Assembly: GCA_951406725.2 (NCBI GenBank)
Contig: OX597829.1
Span: 53,754,001-53,818,000, forward strand
Length of the DNA: 64,000 nt
Reading direction: 5' to 3'
Source of the DNA: Octopus vulgaris
Lineage: Eukaryota
The notes under the pieces were generated by a model. It saw only the letters and a program-made list of their open reading frames with translations, searched no databases and was not told where the DNA came from. Shown here piece by piece: positions 14,191 through 34,858 of the stretch. The translations under genes were made by a program, and so were the position numbers. How positions within the stretch are numbered: position 1 is the first letter of the stretch; every line of letters starts with the position of its first letter.

Positions 14191-14450
14191 GGAGACGTGT
14201 TAAGTAATTAGGCAAGGCCATTATTAAATAAAGCAATTTAGACAATGTTATACTTTAAAAATTTAAATGAAAAAATTGGAAGCTCAAAAGCAAAATCAAT
14301 TAGATTAGCTTATAACAATTACATGTTCACAACTTGAATTATTGGCTACTTCTCAAAGAGTTTTTCAGTATTTATCTCACTCACAAGAGGTACATTGTAC
14401 TATAACGGTATCTACCAGTAGTTTTGTTTTGCCCTTACAAAACTCACATT

Positions 14451-14647
14451 TTAACCCATTTGTTACCAACCTGGCTCTGGCTCTGAGTACAAATGTCTTG
14501 TTTTCATAAGTTTGGAATTAAAATCTGCCACCAAACCTTAGTCACAATAAATGTTCCTAACACGAGCTTAATCATAACTAAGTTATTTTACTAAATCCTT
14601 TGTTATGCTTAAAGTAATTGAAAGAAACACAGTAACGAAAGGGTTAA
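14451..14647. mobile_element. TTAA-flanked MITE, same family as 6520-6750
   Basis: TTAACCCATTTGTTACC ... GTAACGAAAGGGTTAA. Confidence 0.8.
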
Positions 14648-14814
14648 GATGCTTATTTACTTAGTAATAGAGACCAACCCCAGCAGAGTACCATTAACAG
14701 TTGTGTTTGGCAGTCTGTGCAAATATAACTGAATACTCTTACATTACTGAAAATAGTGAAAGCCTAAAACCAGGTCTTTTAGACAGCATTAACCAAGTTT
14801 CTTTTGAGGCCAGG

Positions 14815-15165
14815 AAGGATGGCTAATTATTTCTCCGGAAAAATGTGTGCTGCAAATGTCCCTTCATCAACTGATATAACATTCAGTTAAATAATTGCAA
14901 TTGTTAATTTTATTTACGTTGTAAGCTAACTAAATAGTAAAAAACCAATGTCTCTCCGAGATGAAGTGACATATAGCAAACTATTTAAAAGGATGGCTAA
15001 TTATTTCTCCGGAAAAATGTGTGCTGCAAATGTCCCTTCATCAACTGATATAACATTCAGTTAAATAATTGCAATTGTTAATTTTATTTACGTTGTAAGC
15101 TAACTGAATAGTAAAAAACCAATGTCTCTCTGAGATGAAGTGACATATAGCAAACTATTTAAAAG
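14815..15165. repeat. Near-perfect tandem duplication, unit about 175 bp
   Basis: AAGGATGGCTAATTATTT...CTATTTAAAA occurs twice head-to-tail with few differences. Confidence 0.9.
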
Positions 15166-17615
15166 TCTAGCTAATATAATTTGCAACATCTCTGCTCATG
15201 CTGATGTATTTCGGGGGTCTTTTTTTTATAGCACATCAATCTCAATTTAAGCAGGCATACAATCAAAGTCTTTCTCACCATAAACATCTCATTTTTTTTA
15301 AAGAGTCTTGTCCACAACGTGATTAGGTTTCATGTACATCTAAACTTGCATATCTTAGCTGATCAAATATTGCAAGCTCAATTTTTAGCTTGCATCAGTG
15401 AACCAAGTATGATTCTAAAAGAGTCACTTGGCATCTTTACTATGGCTAAGCAGTTTTATCAAACTGTTTAAATATCCAAATATAATTTTAATACTATTAA
15501 ATTCAGCATAACTAATCAGTATGGATATTTGACATGACAGATTTTTATCGAATTAAAATTAACTCTGAAATAACGAACCAATTTTTAAAATTGATTTCAG
15601 AATTCATTTACTGCCAAGTCCACTGGATATCAACAGCGTCAATGGAATTTTTTTTTTACCAGAAAGGAAGAGAAAATAAAAAGGGTAAAAAAAAAGCTAT
15701 ATTTCAGCTACAAGTTGCATATCAAAAGACCATAGTTAATCTATTTCACCACGATAAATATACAAATATCTTAAAAATATGGAATTTAAAATTCCTATTA
15801 ATCAAGTCCAAACATTTATATTTTTAATTTTAAAAAATCTTAATTGATAAATGGAGAGATATATCCTACGAGAAGAAAAAGCAATTAGTTATGTGGTGAA
15901 AGAGTTAACTATTAAAAAATACCACAACCTGAATATTTGAAATTAGAATGATAATCTTTATTTAAAATGTTGGCAAAGAAAGTTTTGGAATGATTTTAGT
16001 ACTATATCGACCAATATGGTTATATTATCTTCATGAAATAAAATTTCATAGAGACTAAGAGAAATTCAAAGAAAATTAAACTACTGGTAAGTATCGCATT
16101 TATTAACTGTAAAGAAAACGTCATTATAATTAACCAGTGCATGGATGTAAAAGCAGTTTTGGTATTAATTTCTTTATGGCCAACTATGCAGCATTTTCTT
16201 TGGAACAAATACCATTTTTCAAGTAAATTACATTCTAATGAGAAATATAAAATATGGCAAGAAATTAACAAGTGTGATCAAAAGCTGAAACAGTTATAAA
16301 CTTCTTCCAGTCAAAAATTTAATTTGTATGTAAACAGCAATCTTGAGGTTTTCAAAATTGAGAAATTTATTTTTCTTTAAATACATATGTACTTTTTGGT
16401 TTTTGTTTTTCAGCAAAGTACTGAAATACAAATGATTAGGGCGAAAATAGAAATAAATAAAGTGAAATAAAGAAGAAAATTCTAAAATTTGTAAGTGTCG
16501 AGAGAGATAGATAGGGAGGGATAGAGAAAGAGAGAACTGTTAACCACTGGTATTAAATTTCTGGTCCCAATCACAAGGTTTGCTATTATACATTTTGACA
16601 ATAGAATAACAAATAGCATGTAATATTTAAATTATTTATTTTTCCAAACTTAGAATTACTAATAATCCTTTCAAACAGAATAAAATATAAATATAGTTTT
16701 AATTTCCTTAATTCCTTATTGCATACTCAGAATTAGAGACTTTTCAATAATTTCAATTACTTTCTAAGAGAAACATTTAATTTGAGGTCTGAAGCAAGGT
16801 ATATTATATATATATATTTATATATATATAAATATACATACGTACATATATATAATGTAATTCTTTAGTTGCATTCAGTTAAACATTAACATAAGCCACA
16901 ACAGTTTACCTGAAGCAACTAATAATTGAGAGAGAGAGAGGAGAACGAGGAAATTTCCTTCATAAAATGTATGCATATATATATATACACATATATATAT
17001 ATATATATATATATGTGAGGGGAAGGGGAACTAATTAATATGCAGAACTATTTAATTTGTGTTAACTCAACATTAAAATGTCAAACACAAAGAGACAAAT
17101 ATCTATACAATTTCTTCAAGTTTTAAAAAATGGTCATCTACTCAAAATTTGCACATGTAATTTTATTTTTCATAGATATTGTGAAAGTTTGTGGGTAGCA
17201 ATAAACAGAATAAAACCATCTGAATGAATGCAGAAAGCAAGATGAAATGTTCATTTCAAGAATGGATACTTCTTTAACAACTTGATGAAATAGGAAAAGC
17301 TGGCAAAAAATTAAACTGAACAGGCACTTCCAACAGACATTCCAAGTTTGGATGAAAAGTCAATTTCTCCTTAACCATTGTGGCGTAATATGATAAATCA
17401 GAGAAAAAAAAAAGAAAAGAAACAAAACAAAAGATTGTTAGGAAAAGGTCCCTCTCGACAAAGTTATTAGATTGCATTTATATTTTCATGTCTCCCCAAC
17501 TATGTATAAATTTACAATGATTGTTTGGGTTGTCTGTAGCTTGTTCAATCGTTTTGAAGCCTCAATTCGCCTTGCCTTCATGTTTTCATTTTTTTTCCGC
17601 AAGTTTTCCTTTTTC

Positions 17616-25325
<7,710 letters not shown>

Positions 25326-25439
25326 TTTTCGTGAAAGCATTCAATGGAACAAATATTTTTTGGTTTTGGTGTTTGTTTGGACCAACGTAAAAGGAATAAT
25401 AATAATAATAATAAAGGGAGGAGGCTGTGGTGGTGAGAA

Positions 25440-25640
25440 TAAAAGTGGATTCTTCGAGTGGCGGCGACGATACGCTTATTTATTGCTGCATAAAAGCACA
25501 CAGCTTACTCTCTCGACAATGGACACGACTATCGCGGAGTACGGACGACGTGGATATATCACATATACACATATATATACACACACACATATATGTATAT
25601 ATATATATATATGTATGTATGTATATGTCTGTATAGAGGT

Positions 25641-25673
<33 letters not shown>

Positions 25674-26150
25674 CACACACACGCACACACACCTACTTCT
25701 GCTTTCTGGATGTATGTGACAAGACTATCACCTAGGGGAACGGTTCCTCAGTGCCGATCTAGCTTGTGTTCCTATGCTGTATTATTAGCACAGCCACAGT
25801 CCTTCTTCTTCTTCCCGTTCTCTTGAGTTTGGCTTAAAAAACAAAGATGGCTTCCTGTTCCACAATGAAATAATGTAAGCTATGACGTCACTGCTCGACG
25901 TGGCATCACGAGACATTTAACATAAAACCGTGCGGAGGAGAGTGAGAGGAAGCAAAAGCAGAGAGAGTGGCGCTTGACTTAATAATAATGACAAGAGCAG
26001 CCAGCAAATAGCAGTAAACATAAGAAAGAGAGAGAGTACTTGTGTGAGTTGATCGAAAAACTTTCACACGGACACGAACACACTACTACACCGAAACGAA
26101 ACGAAATCAATGCTTGCTTAATGCACAGGTGTTCATTTCAGCTTGTCATC
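25440..26150 (-). promoter_or_regulatory. Probable Rab1 promoter / 5' UTR region
   Basis: CpG-retaining stretch directly upstream of the ATG. It carries YY1-like AAGATGGC (25844-25851), ETS-like CTTCCTG (25851-25857), a perfect CRE TGACGTCA (25883-25890) and two CCACGTC motifs on the minus strand (25897-25903, 25547-25553). The TSS cannot be determined. Confidence 0.55.
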
Positions 26151-27704
26151 TCTTGGTATACGAAACCATGAGGGAAATATTTCTAAAAAATCTTCAAGAA
26201 CCGATCATTTGGGTATTGAAGCAATTACACCTCAATTAACCAAAAGGTTGAAAGAAATTTAAACCTTAATTAATCTTTCCCCATCTAATCACTATATTTA
26301 ATTCTAGCAATTTATTAAGTTAATTGATAGTTTTTCATCAGTACTATAGTTTATATAATCATTAGAAAAAGAATAACTTTTTCTTCAACGATACCTTAAA
26401 ATATTGAGGCATTCTTTCTGGAGAAGCGAATCAAACTTTCCAGGAATTAAATATAATTACATATAATTAGCTAACGATTATTTATATCACTTTCTTTCAA
26501 AGTTATGAAACATTTTTAAGATAATTTCATCAAAATATTATTTAGCTAATTTTTATTTATTATTATTATTATTATTATTTAAAAATTACTTCCTAAAAAC
26601 TTGCATTGTTTCTGTTTAACCAGGTGATACTTTCATCCCATGTATTTTGGTTTTTGATCATCAAAACAGACCCAACACAAATCCCATTAATCTCTACATC
26701 GTCCCTAAAGAATTGTCTGAGTCTTTCATGAGACAATCACTTGTTTTCCTTCTACCCATGTTTCTGACACATCGTTTTTCGTAATTCTATTTTATTACAA
26801 AGACCATTTTGTGAAAGGATAAAAAAAAAAAATTGCACGAAGCTTTCATTTTTCATTTATATCATCTGAGCTATTGACTTTAATTTCTCAGGTCATAGTT
26901 CGTCCAATGTAGCAGCTTGTCAGATTCACACTACTACATGTAGTGCAGTCTACTGAAAGACAACTCAGTCCACTCCAGTTTTTGCTGGCCACTCACCTTT
27001 ACTGTTTACATTCTACTGTTACACCATACACCACTTATATAAACGGTATGCAACAATCCCCTGAAAGATTTCTTTGATGCAAATAGCATAAGGTTAAGCC
27101 TCTCACTTCATATACAACTTTCTACCGCAGTACCTATGTAATCGATCGAAACAGAATACCTTTAAAAAAGATGGGATAGTCACAGCTGGAATGCCTTTGA
27201 TCAGAGGTTAAACAACACCCCCACCTGTTGTTTGATTAGGTAATTAGTCACACTTGTTAACTACTTGTGACTATATAAATGAGGATTTTATAAGAAATAC
27301 TTTATTTTAACAGTAGTCCAGTTCGCTAAGCAATTAGTTCAAATGATGGTAGCCTGCACGACCAGTTTAGTACTTTGAGAGTTGTCTGTTGGTAATTATA
27401 TCACTCTGACCAAGTGATGGTTTTGACCCTTGTAGTGTTCTTGGAAAAGGCAAGGTTGTTACTCACATCTCTTAAGAAATAACATTTAAACGACCTGTCC
27501 CAATCACTTTTCGAAAACACTTGGGTCTCAACAAAAAAATGTATATTTTGAAGCGAAAAAAAAAAACGAAGGGTTGAGTATTTTCATTTAATACGTCCTA
27601 TTAGAAACAACAGCTAAATGTCTCTTAAATGACCATCCTACCATCTTATATACAAAGATAGGATATAGATAACGTACTCCGAAAAGGATTAGAGAAATTA
27701 GAAG

Positions 27705-27780
27705 GATTGCTTTGGTCCAATGGCAGAATGTATATCGTGTTTGCAGTTGTAGATTGTGGGTTCAAGTTCCACTGGCAACT
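27705..27780 (+). mobile_element. tRNA-derived SINE-like head (not a functional tRNA)
   Basis: A-box TGGTCCAATGG (27713-27723), B-box GGTTCAAGTTCC (27759-27770) and a partial acceptor stem; the cloverleaf is broken. Confidence 0.55.
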
Positions 27781-28348
27781 TTCGATCTACCCATGGGGCT
27801 TTTTAACTCCGCTTTATTTACTTCGAGATCCATCTTTCTAATATATAAATATACGTATATTTTAATGTTTCGCTTAGGCATCACGATACTAATAACCTGA
27901 TGTAGAACTCAATATACATATGGTTGAGAACGAAGCGTTAGTCGAGTACAGGGTTGTAATGAAAAATTGAGATGACAAAGGAATGGACAATTAATCTTGT
28001 GAATTTCCTTACAGTGGTCTCATAGTTGAGTGCTCGATTATCACTTTATAGCTTGATCAGAGCCTCACACATGAACTGCATATTTATTTGCGAAAACATT
28101 TACATTTATGCATATATACTCAGAAAAGCATTAACCACGTATGTGGTGTATGGAATCCAGGAGGTCTTCCCATAATCAGAATAAGATTACTTTTAAAGTG
28201 TGTATAAGAATAGATATACTAAGATGTAGAGAAACAGTAATAAGAAGTATCAGTAAAAATATGTGTACACACACACACACATACTCCGCTGCGTCTTAAA
28301 GCAGAAACAGCTGTAAGCTACAGTAGTTCGTTTATTCCTTTGTCAGCT

Positions 28349-28380
<32 letters not shown>

Positions 28381-28444
28381 CACACACACATATATATATA
28401 CACACACACATATATATATATACACACATATATATATATATTCT

Positions 28445-28827
28445 CTTTTTCTACTTGTTTCGGTCATTTGACTGTGGCCATGCTGGAGCACAAACTTTTG
28501 GTCGAGCAAATCGATCCCAGGGCTTATTCTTTGTAAGCCCAGTACTTATTCTATCGGTCTTTTTTTGCCGAACCGCTAAGTTACGGGGACTTAAACACAC
28601 CAGCATCAGTTGTCAAGCGATATTGGGGGGACAACAAACACAGACACACAAACAGATATATATACATATATACGACGGGCTTCTTTCAGTTTCCGTCTAC
28701 CAAATCCACTCACAAGGCTTTGGTTGGCCCGAGGCTATAGTAGAAGACACTTGCCCAAGGTGCCATGCAGTGGGACTGGACCCGGAACCATGTGGTTGGT
28801 AAGCAAGCTACTTACCACACAGCCACT

Positions 28828-28830
<3 letters not shown>
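28445..28830 (-). mobile_element. tRNA-headed SINE, family 2, near full length
   Basis: Reverse complement of the 36729-37135 copy. Confidence 0.85.
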
Positions 28831-28863
<33 letters not shown>

Positions 28864-28960
28864 TATATATGTATATGCATATATATGTATATGCATATAT
28901 GTATATGCATATATATGTATATGCATATATGTATATGCATATATATGTATATGTATATGC

Positions 28961-29021
<61 letters not shown>

Positions 29022-29550
29022 TGAAAGATAATACAGACTTTCACACTGTTTCCGTCTACCAAATTTCAATTCGCAAAAGCACGTCTGGACTTTTTGACAT
29101 ATGCGATCTTTGTAAATAAAGGGCTTATTCATGTGGAATTGTTTGTTTACAATTTGCAGAGAGCGTGTCTGGGCTGTTTCTTGTTGAACACACTGGGAGG
29201 TTATTACATCACTTGGAAACAAATGTGGGTCAGACACAGGAAGGACATCCAACCAATGGAAACACTACCGCCAATATACTCTCATCTGGCCCATACAAGC
29301 ATGGAAAAGTAGATGATGAATACATACATCTTTTATCTTTTACTTGTTTCAGTCACTAGACTGCAGCCATGCTGGGGTACCACCTTAAACCCCAGCACTT
29401 ATTTTTTGAGCCTGGTACTTATTCTATTGGTCTCCTTTTGCTGAACCACTAAGTTACAGGGATCCAAACACACCACGCCAACACTAATTGTCAAGTAGTG
29501 GTGGGAGGCAAACAGAGACACACACACGTAGATATGTGCATATATATATA

Positions 29551-31464
29551 GGTAAAGGTGATGCCCTAGATACAAATAACTACAGGGGTATCAAAGTGTT
29601 GGATCAAGTAATGAAGGTTACGGAGAGGGTTATAGCCCAACTAATTAGAGAGAGAGTTAGTTTAGATGAGATGCAGTTTGGGTTCGTGCCAAGGAAAAGT
29701 ACTACTGATGCTATATTTCTGGTGAGACAGCTGCAGGAGAAATACCTAGCCAAGGATAAGGCCCTGTACCTGGCTTTTGTTGACATGGAGAAAGGCTTCA
29801 ACAGGGTCCCCCGATCCTTTATCTGGTGGTCAATGAGGAAGCTAGGGATAGATGAATGGTTAGTGAGAGCTGTGCGAGCCATGTACAGGGATGCTGCTAG
29901 TAAGGTGAAGGTTGGCAACGAGTACAGTGAAGAATTCCGGGTAGAGGTTGGGGTCCACCAAGGTTCAGTCCTCAGCCCCCTCCTATTTATCATAGTCCTC
30001 CAGGCAATAACAGAGGAATTCAAGACAGGATGCCCCTGGGAGCTCATCTATGCTGATGACCTTGCTCTAATTGCTGAGTCACTATCAGAACTGGAGGAGA
30101 AGTTTCAGGTGTGGAAACAAGGATTAGAATCGAGGGCCTTAGAGTCAACCTAGCTAAAACCAAAGTTCTAATAAGTAGGAAGGTAGACAAATCACAAACG
30201 CCTTCAGGTAGATGGCCCTGCTTGATCTGTTGAAAAGGCGTAGGTAGAAACTCTATAAGATGCACTAAGTGTAAGCTATGGACACATAAGAGGTGCAGCA
30301 ATGTCAAAGGAAGGCTAACTAGGAAAATAGTTTTTGTATGTGGCAGGTGCTCAGGAGCAATAAACACTGAAAATGTGCAGAGACCAACTTCCACCACATT
30401 CCAGGGAGAAAAACTAGAAATAGGTGATAGCTTCTGTTACCTAGGTGACCAAGTCAGTAGCGGGGGTAGGTGTGCTGAAAGTGTAACTGCTAGAGTAAGA
30501 ATAGCTTGGACAAAGTTCAGGGAGCTCTTACCTCTGCTGGTGACAAAAGGCCTCTCGCTCAGAGTAAAAGGCAGACTGTATGGTGCATGTGTATGAACAG
30601 CCATGCTACATGGCAGTGAAACATGGGCCATGACTGCTGAGGACATGCATAAGCTGGCAAGGAATGAAGCCAGTATGCTCCGATGGATGTGCAATGTCAG
30701 TGTTCATACTTGACAGAGAGTAAGTACCTTGAGAGAGAAGTTGGACCTAAGAAGCATCAGTTGTGGTGTGCAAGAGAGACATTTGTGCTGGTATGGTTAT
30801 GTGACGAGAATGGATGAGGATAGTTGTGTGAAAAAGTGCCACACCCTAGCGGCTGAGGGAACCTGTGGAAGAGGTAGACCCAGGAAAACCTGGGATGAGG
30901 TGGTGAAGCACGACCTTCGAACTTTAGGTCTCACCGAGGAAATGACTAGAGACCGAGACCTATGGAAGTATGCCGTGCGTGAGAAGACCCGGCATACAAG
31001 TGAGACCATAACCCATGGCCTCTACCTGGGATGTAGCCAGTCCACTTATGCATACCTTTCCTTCTTGGGACACAAAACTCTACATGTGAAGACTTGAGGC
31101 AAGTGAGAATCAAAATCGAAATTGATCAACATCAATGGACATTGCAGCTGTGATACCAGTGCTGGTGGCACGTAAGCGAACCATCCAAACGTGGCCGTTG
31201 CCAGCCTCGACTGGCCCCTGTGCCAGTTGCATGTAAAAAGCACCATCCGACCGTGGCTGTTTGCCAGCCCCGTCTAGCACCTGTGCTGGTGGCACATAAA
31301 AAGCACCCACTACACTCACGGAGTGGTTGGCATTAGGAAGGGTATCCAGCCATAGAAACATTGCTAGATCAGACTGGGCCTGGTGCAGCCTTCGGGCTTC
31401 CCAGACTCCAGTTGAACCATCGAACCCATGCTAGCATGGAAAGTGGACGCTAAACGATGATGAT
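29551..31464 (+). mobile_element. 5'-truncated RTE-clade LINE (RT, 3' UTR, (GAT)n tail), frameshifted
   Basis: ORFs 29488..30153 (QFGF, AFVDMEK, GVHQGSVLSPLLF, YADD), 30375..30596 and 30729..31097 (GRGRPRKTW); ends ...GGACGCTAAACGATGATGAT. Confidence 0.93.
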
Positions 31465-31888
31465 ATATGATGGTCTCCTTCCTGTTTCTGTCTACCAAAT
31501 CCAATCACATGGCTTTGGTCAGCCCAAGGCTATAACAGAAGACATTTACCCTAGATGCCACAGAATGGGACTGAACCCAGAACCATGTGGCAGGGAAACA
31601 AGCTTCTTACCACACAGCCGCACCTGTGCCTATGTATATTTCATTTAGGTACAGTGTTAGAATGTTAGCACTTGGTATACACATGCTTCAAAGAAAAGTG
31701 TTACTCAAGTACAGAGTGTAATAAGAGATTATATAAATGACAAGAGAACAAGGAATTATATTATGAACTTCATTAGCTTACAGCTGTTTCTGCTACAGGA
31801 TACAATGCACTCATAGATGAATGTTTGTGTATGACCTTGTAGCTTCAGAGCTTCAAAAACACACACACACATATATATATATTTATAT

Positions 31889-32125
31889 ATTAGAAAAAAA
31901 CACCTTTTATCAATTCAACAATGAAAAAATTAAATCATACCATATAGAAAAAAATAACATCCTATAGAAAAAATTAAATACAAGATAAAAATATATACGT
32001 TTTATTTATTATTTTGCACATTACTTAATCATTGGTATATGTTTTTATCTTATATTTAATTTTTTCTATATGGTATAATTTAATTTTTTCATTGTTGAAT
32101 TGATAAAAGGTGTTTTTTTTCTAAT
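31889..32125. repeat. AT-rich fold-back inverted repeat
   Basis: ATTAGAAAAAAACACCTTTTATCAATTCAACAATGAAAAAATT... versus its reverse complement at about 32042-32125. Confidence 0.8.
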
Positions 32126-32244
32126 TTATATATATATATATATATTATATTTTGGGAAATTTGATTTAGTGTTTCTAAATTGAATTTTTCCCTGTAAGTT
32201 TGGAATAATATTCCCTATTATTATTATTATTATTATTATTATTA

Positions 32245-33524
32245 CTTTTTTTTTCTTCTTCCAAATTTGCTTCCATTTCTTGCCGAGTGTCTTCCCGACT
32301 CCTAGGGCAAAGAAACTCATAGTATACAATGGTAGGCCATTAAACCAAAGTCAGTAGTTCGTTCATTTTTTTTTTTCATTTTTTTTTTTTTTAAAGTTAA
32401 ATTAAAATACATGAGCAGCAACAGTTCTCACATCGACAATGCTCTTCTCAATACGTGTGATGTACCAGTTAAGACAATCTTTTGCACTTCTTGCAGGGAT
32501 GGTAAGCCAGGGATCATTCTCATATAATTTTTGGTTCCCTTCTTGATCATTCCTAGTGCTCCTACGATCACTGGTATTGTAACCGCCTTGAGATGCCACA
32601 TTTTCTCAATTTCAATGAGTAGGTCTTTATATTTTCTGAGCTTGTCAAACTCTTTCGCTGAGATATTATGATCACAGGGGATGCTCATGTCGATCAATAA
32701 GCAAACTTTATTGTTTTGGTCTTTCACAACAATATCTGGTTTATTGGCCTTGATGGTTCGGTCTGTATGTACTGGAAAGTCCCACAGAATGATTACATTT
32801 TCTCCTTCAGTTACAGCCTCAGGGTGGTGATTATACCACTTGTCGGCAGTTTTGATATTGTAATGCCGACTTATTAGCCAGTGGAGATATTGGCCAACTC
32901 TGTCATTTCTTAATTTATACTCCACTGGTGCTAAGACTTTACATCCAGAGATTAGATGGTCCACTGTTTCAATCATGTCGTTGCAGAATCGGCATTTTGG
33001 GTCTGCTCCATTTTTCATCACATTGGCCTGGTAGTTCCGAGTTAATAGGCTTTGATCTTGAGCAGCCAGGATGAAACCTTCGCTCTCTGCTTTTAGCCCT
33101 GAGCTCCGTAGCCACTGATGGGTTTGCATCTGGTCAACATCAGCTTGTTTGCTGCGGGTCACATATTTGCCGTGCAGAGGTTTCTCCTCCCACCTATCAG
33201 CCAATTGCTCGTGCGCTTTTTTCGTTGCCATCATTTTCACCTTCTTTGCAACAATAGTTGCCATACTTCCCTCGGGTTGTTCAGTTTGGGTATCCTGCAC
33301 GAGATCAATAGCAAATTTTTTGCTTTCCTTTATGATAGAATGAAGCTTCTTTCGTCTCTCGTGATTTTCCACGAGCTTTAGCATCCAGTCATTCGATATT
33401 TCGAGATATTTGGCCAGTCCAATTGTGGTTGTTTTGTAAGCTAGTTCACATTGGATCAGGCCTCGACCTCCTTGGGCTCTGGGAAGGTAAGGGCGATCTA
33501 CGTCTGCCTTTGGGTGGTGCATCC
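32245..33524 (-). mobile_element. 5'-truncated R4/Dong-type non-LTR retrotransposon (zinc knuckle + restriction-like endonuclease) in a (TAA)n tract
   Basis: Uninterrupted 364-aa ORF 32428..33522 with GGRGL, CRFC...HLISGC, R.D.V, KPDIVV..LLIDMSIP..K..KY; (TTA)n on both sides (32216-32244, 33528-33567). Confidence 0.9.
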
Positions 33525-33526
33525 TA

Positions 33527-33573
<47 letters not shown>

Positions 33574-33689
33574 GTTATTAGTTATTTAATATATACGATA
33601 ACTCTCACACACAAAAAGAAAATAATTGCCCTCTCTCTCTCTCTCTCTCTTTCACACACACACATGCACACACACATATCCTTGAATAA

Positions 33690-34050
33690 GAAGACCTTTG
33701 ACAAGGCATGCCCCTCCCACCTCTAATTACTACAAAGCTAGAGTCCATCGTATATGAGGCTAAAGTCAAGCCCAAAGGGCTGAATGACACATCCAGCATA
33801 AGGCAGAATATCAGATCGACAGAGAGTCTCTTCACAAAACGACTGCACAACCAGGCTGCGTCCATCAAGAGTTTTGAAAAGTGGAATATCACTACATCGG
33901 TCAAGTGCGTATAATGTATAGTTATTGAAGGAAAAGGTTTGAAATTATGGTATGAAATAGAGATGGTGAGAAAAATGCAAGCCTTACAACAACAGCAGCA
34001 GCAGCAAATGTAGATTGTGTTTGCCAAAGAAGTGACAAATACTTTTAAGA
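33690..34050 (+). pseudogene. Penelope-like element GIY-YIG endonuclease remnant
   Basis: SIVYEAKV...NIRSTESLFTKRLHNQAASIK...ITT, then in another frame KCKPYNNSSSSKCRLCLPKK, matching the ivY..YiG.te..FK.R..nH..S and CxLC pattern of PLE endonucleases. Confidence 0.65.
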
Positions 34051-34858
34051 ACTACCTCATTATTTGCATGATGGGAGGGCTGGAGTATATCCCAGTATAT
34101 TGGTCTAAGTGAATTTTGGGGGATTCTTTTTTTCTTGAGCTACATTCTCAAGTTTATCTTTATTTGGCAAGGAACTAATTTTTCAGTCCTCAACAATGTC
34201 TACACACACACATTTGCATACACACATATATATATGCACATATATATATATATGTATGTATATATATACACACACATATGTGGATATGTGATAAGAAGTC
34301 CCATTGCAGGACACCTTGGGCAAATGTTTTCTACAATAACCATGGGCCTACTTTGAGTGGAATTGGTAAATGGAAACTGAAAGAACCCCTCCATATACAT
34401 ACATACACACACGTGTGTGTCTGTGTTTGTCCCCCTTCTTGACAACAGTGTCAGTATGCTTACAACCCTGTAACTTAGGAGTTCAGCAAAAAGAGACTGA
34501 ATAAATACCAGGCTTAAAAACTAGAAAAACAAGTACTGGGGTTGATTCATTCAACTAAAACCCTTTGAGGTGGTGCCCCAGCATGGCCACAGTCCAAAGA
34601 CTAAAACAAGTAAAATATAAAAGATATATAAGCACATATATATATACATACATATATATTATATATATATATATATATATAATATATATATACTTGTTTT
34701 TCTAGTTTTTAAGCCTGGTATTTATTCAGTCTCTTTTTGCTGAACTCCTAAGTTACAGGGTTGTAAGCATACTGACACTGTTGTCAAGAAGGGGGACAAA
34801 CACAGACACGCACATGTGTGTATGTATGTATATGGAGGGGTTCTTACATATATATATA

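Noticed and set aside
27705-27780. Functional tRNA gene
   Set aside because: The anticodon and D stems do not pair properly; it is better explained as a SINE-type head.
29488-30153. Intact or domesticated reverse transcriptase gene
   Set aside because: The ORF start lies in upstream SINE/microsatellite sequence; the element is 5'-truncated with frameshifts and stops downstream.
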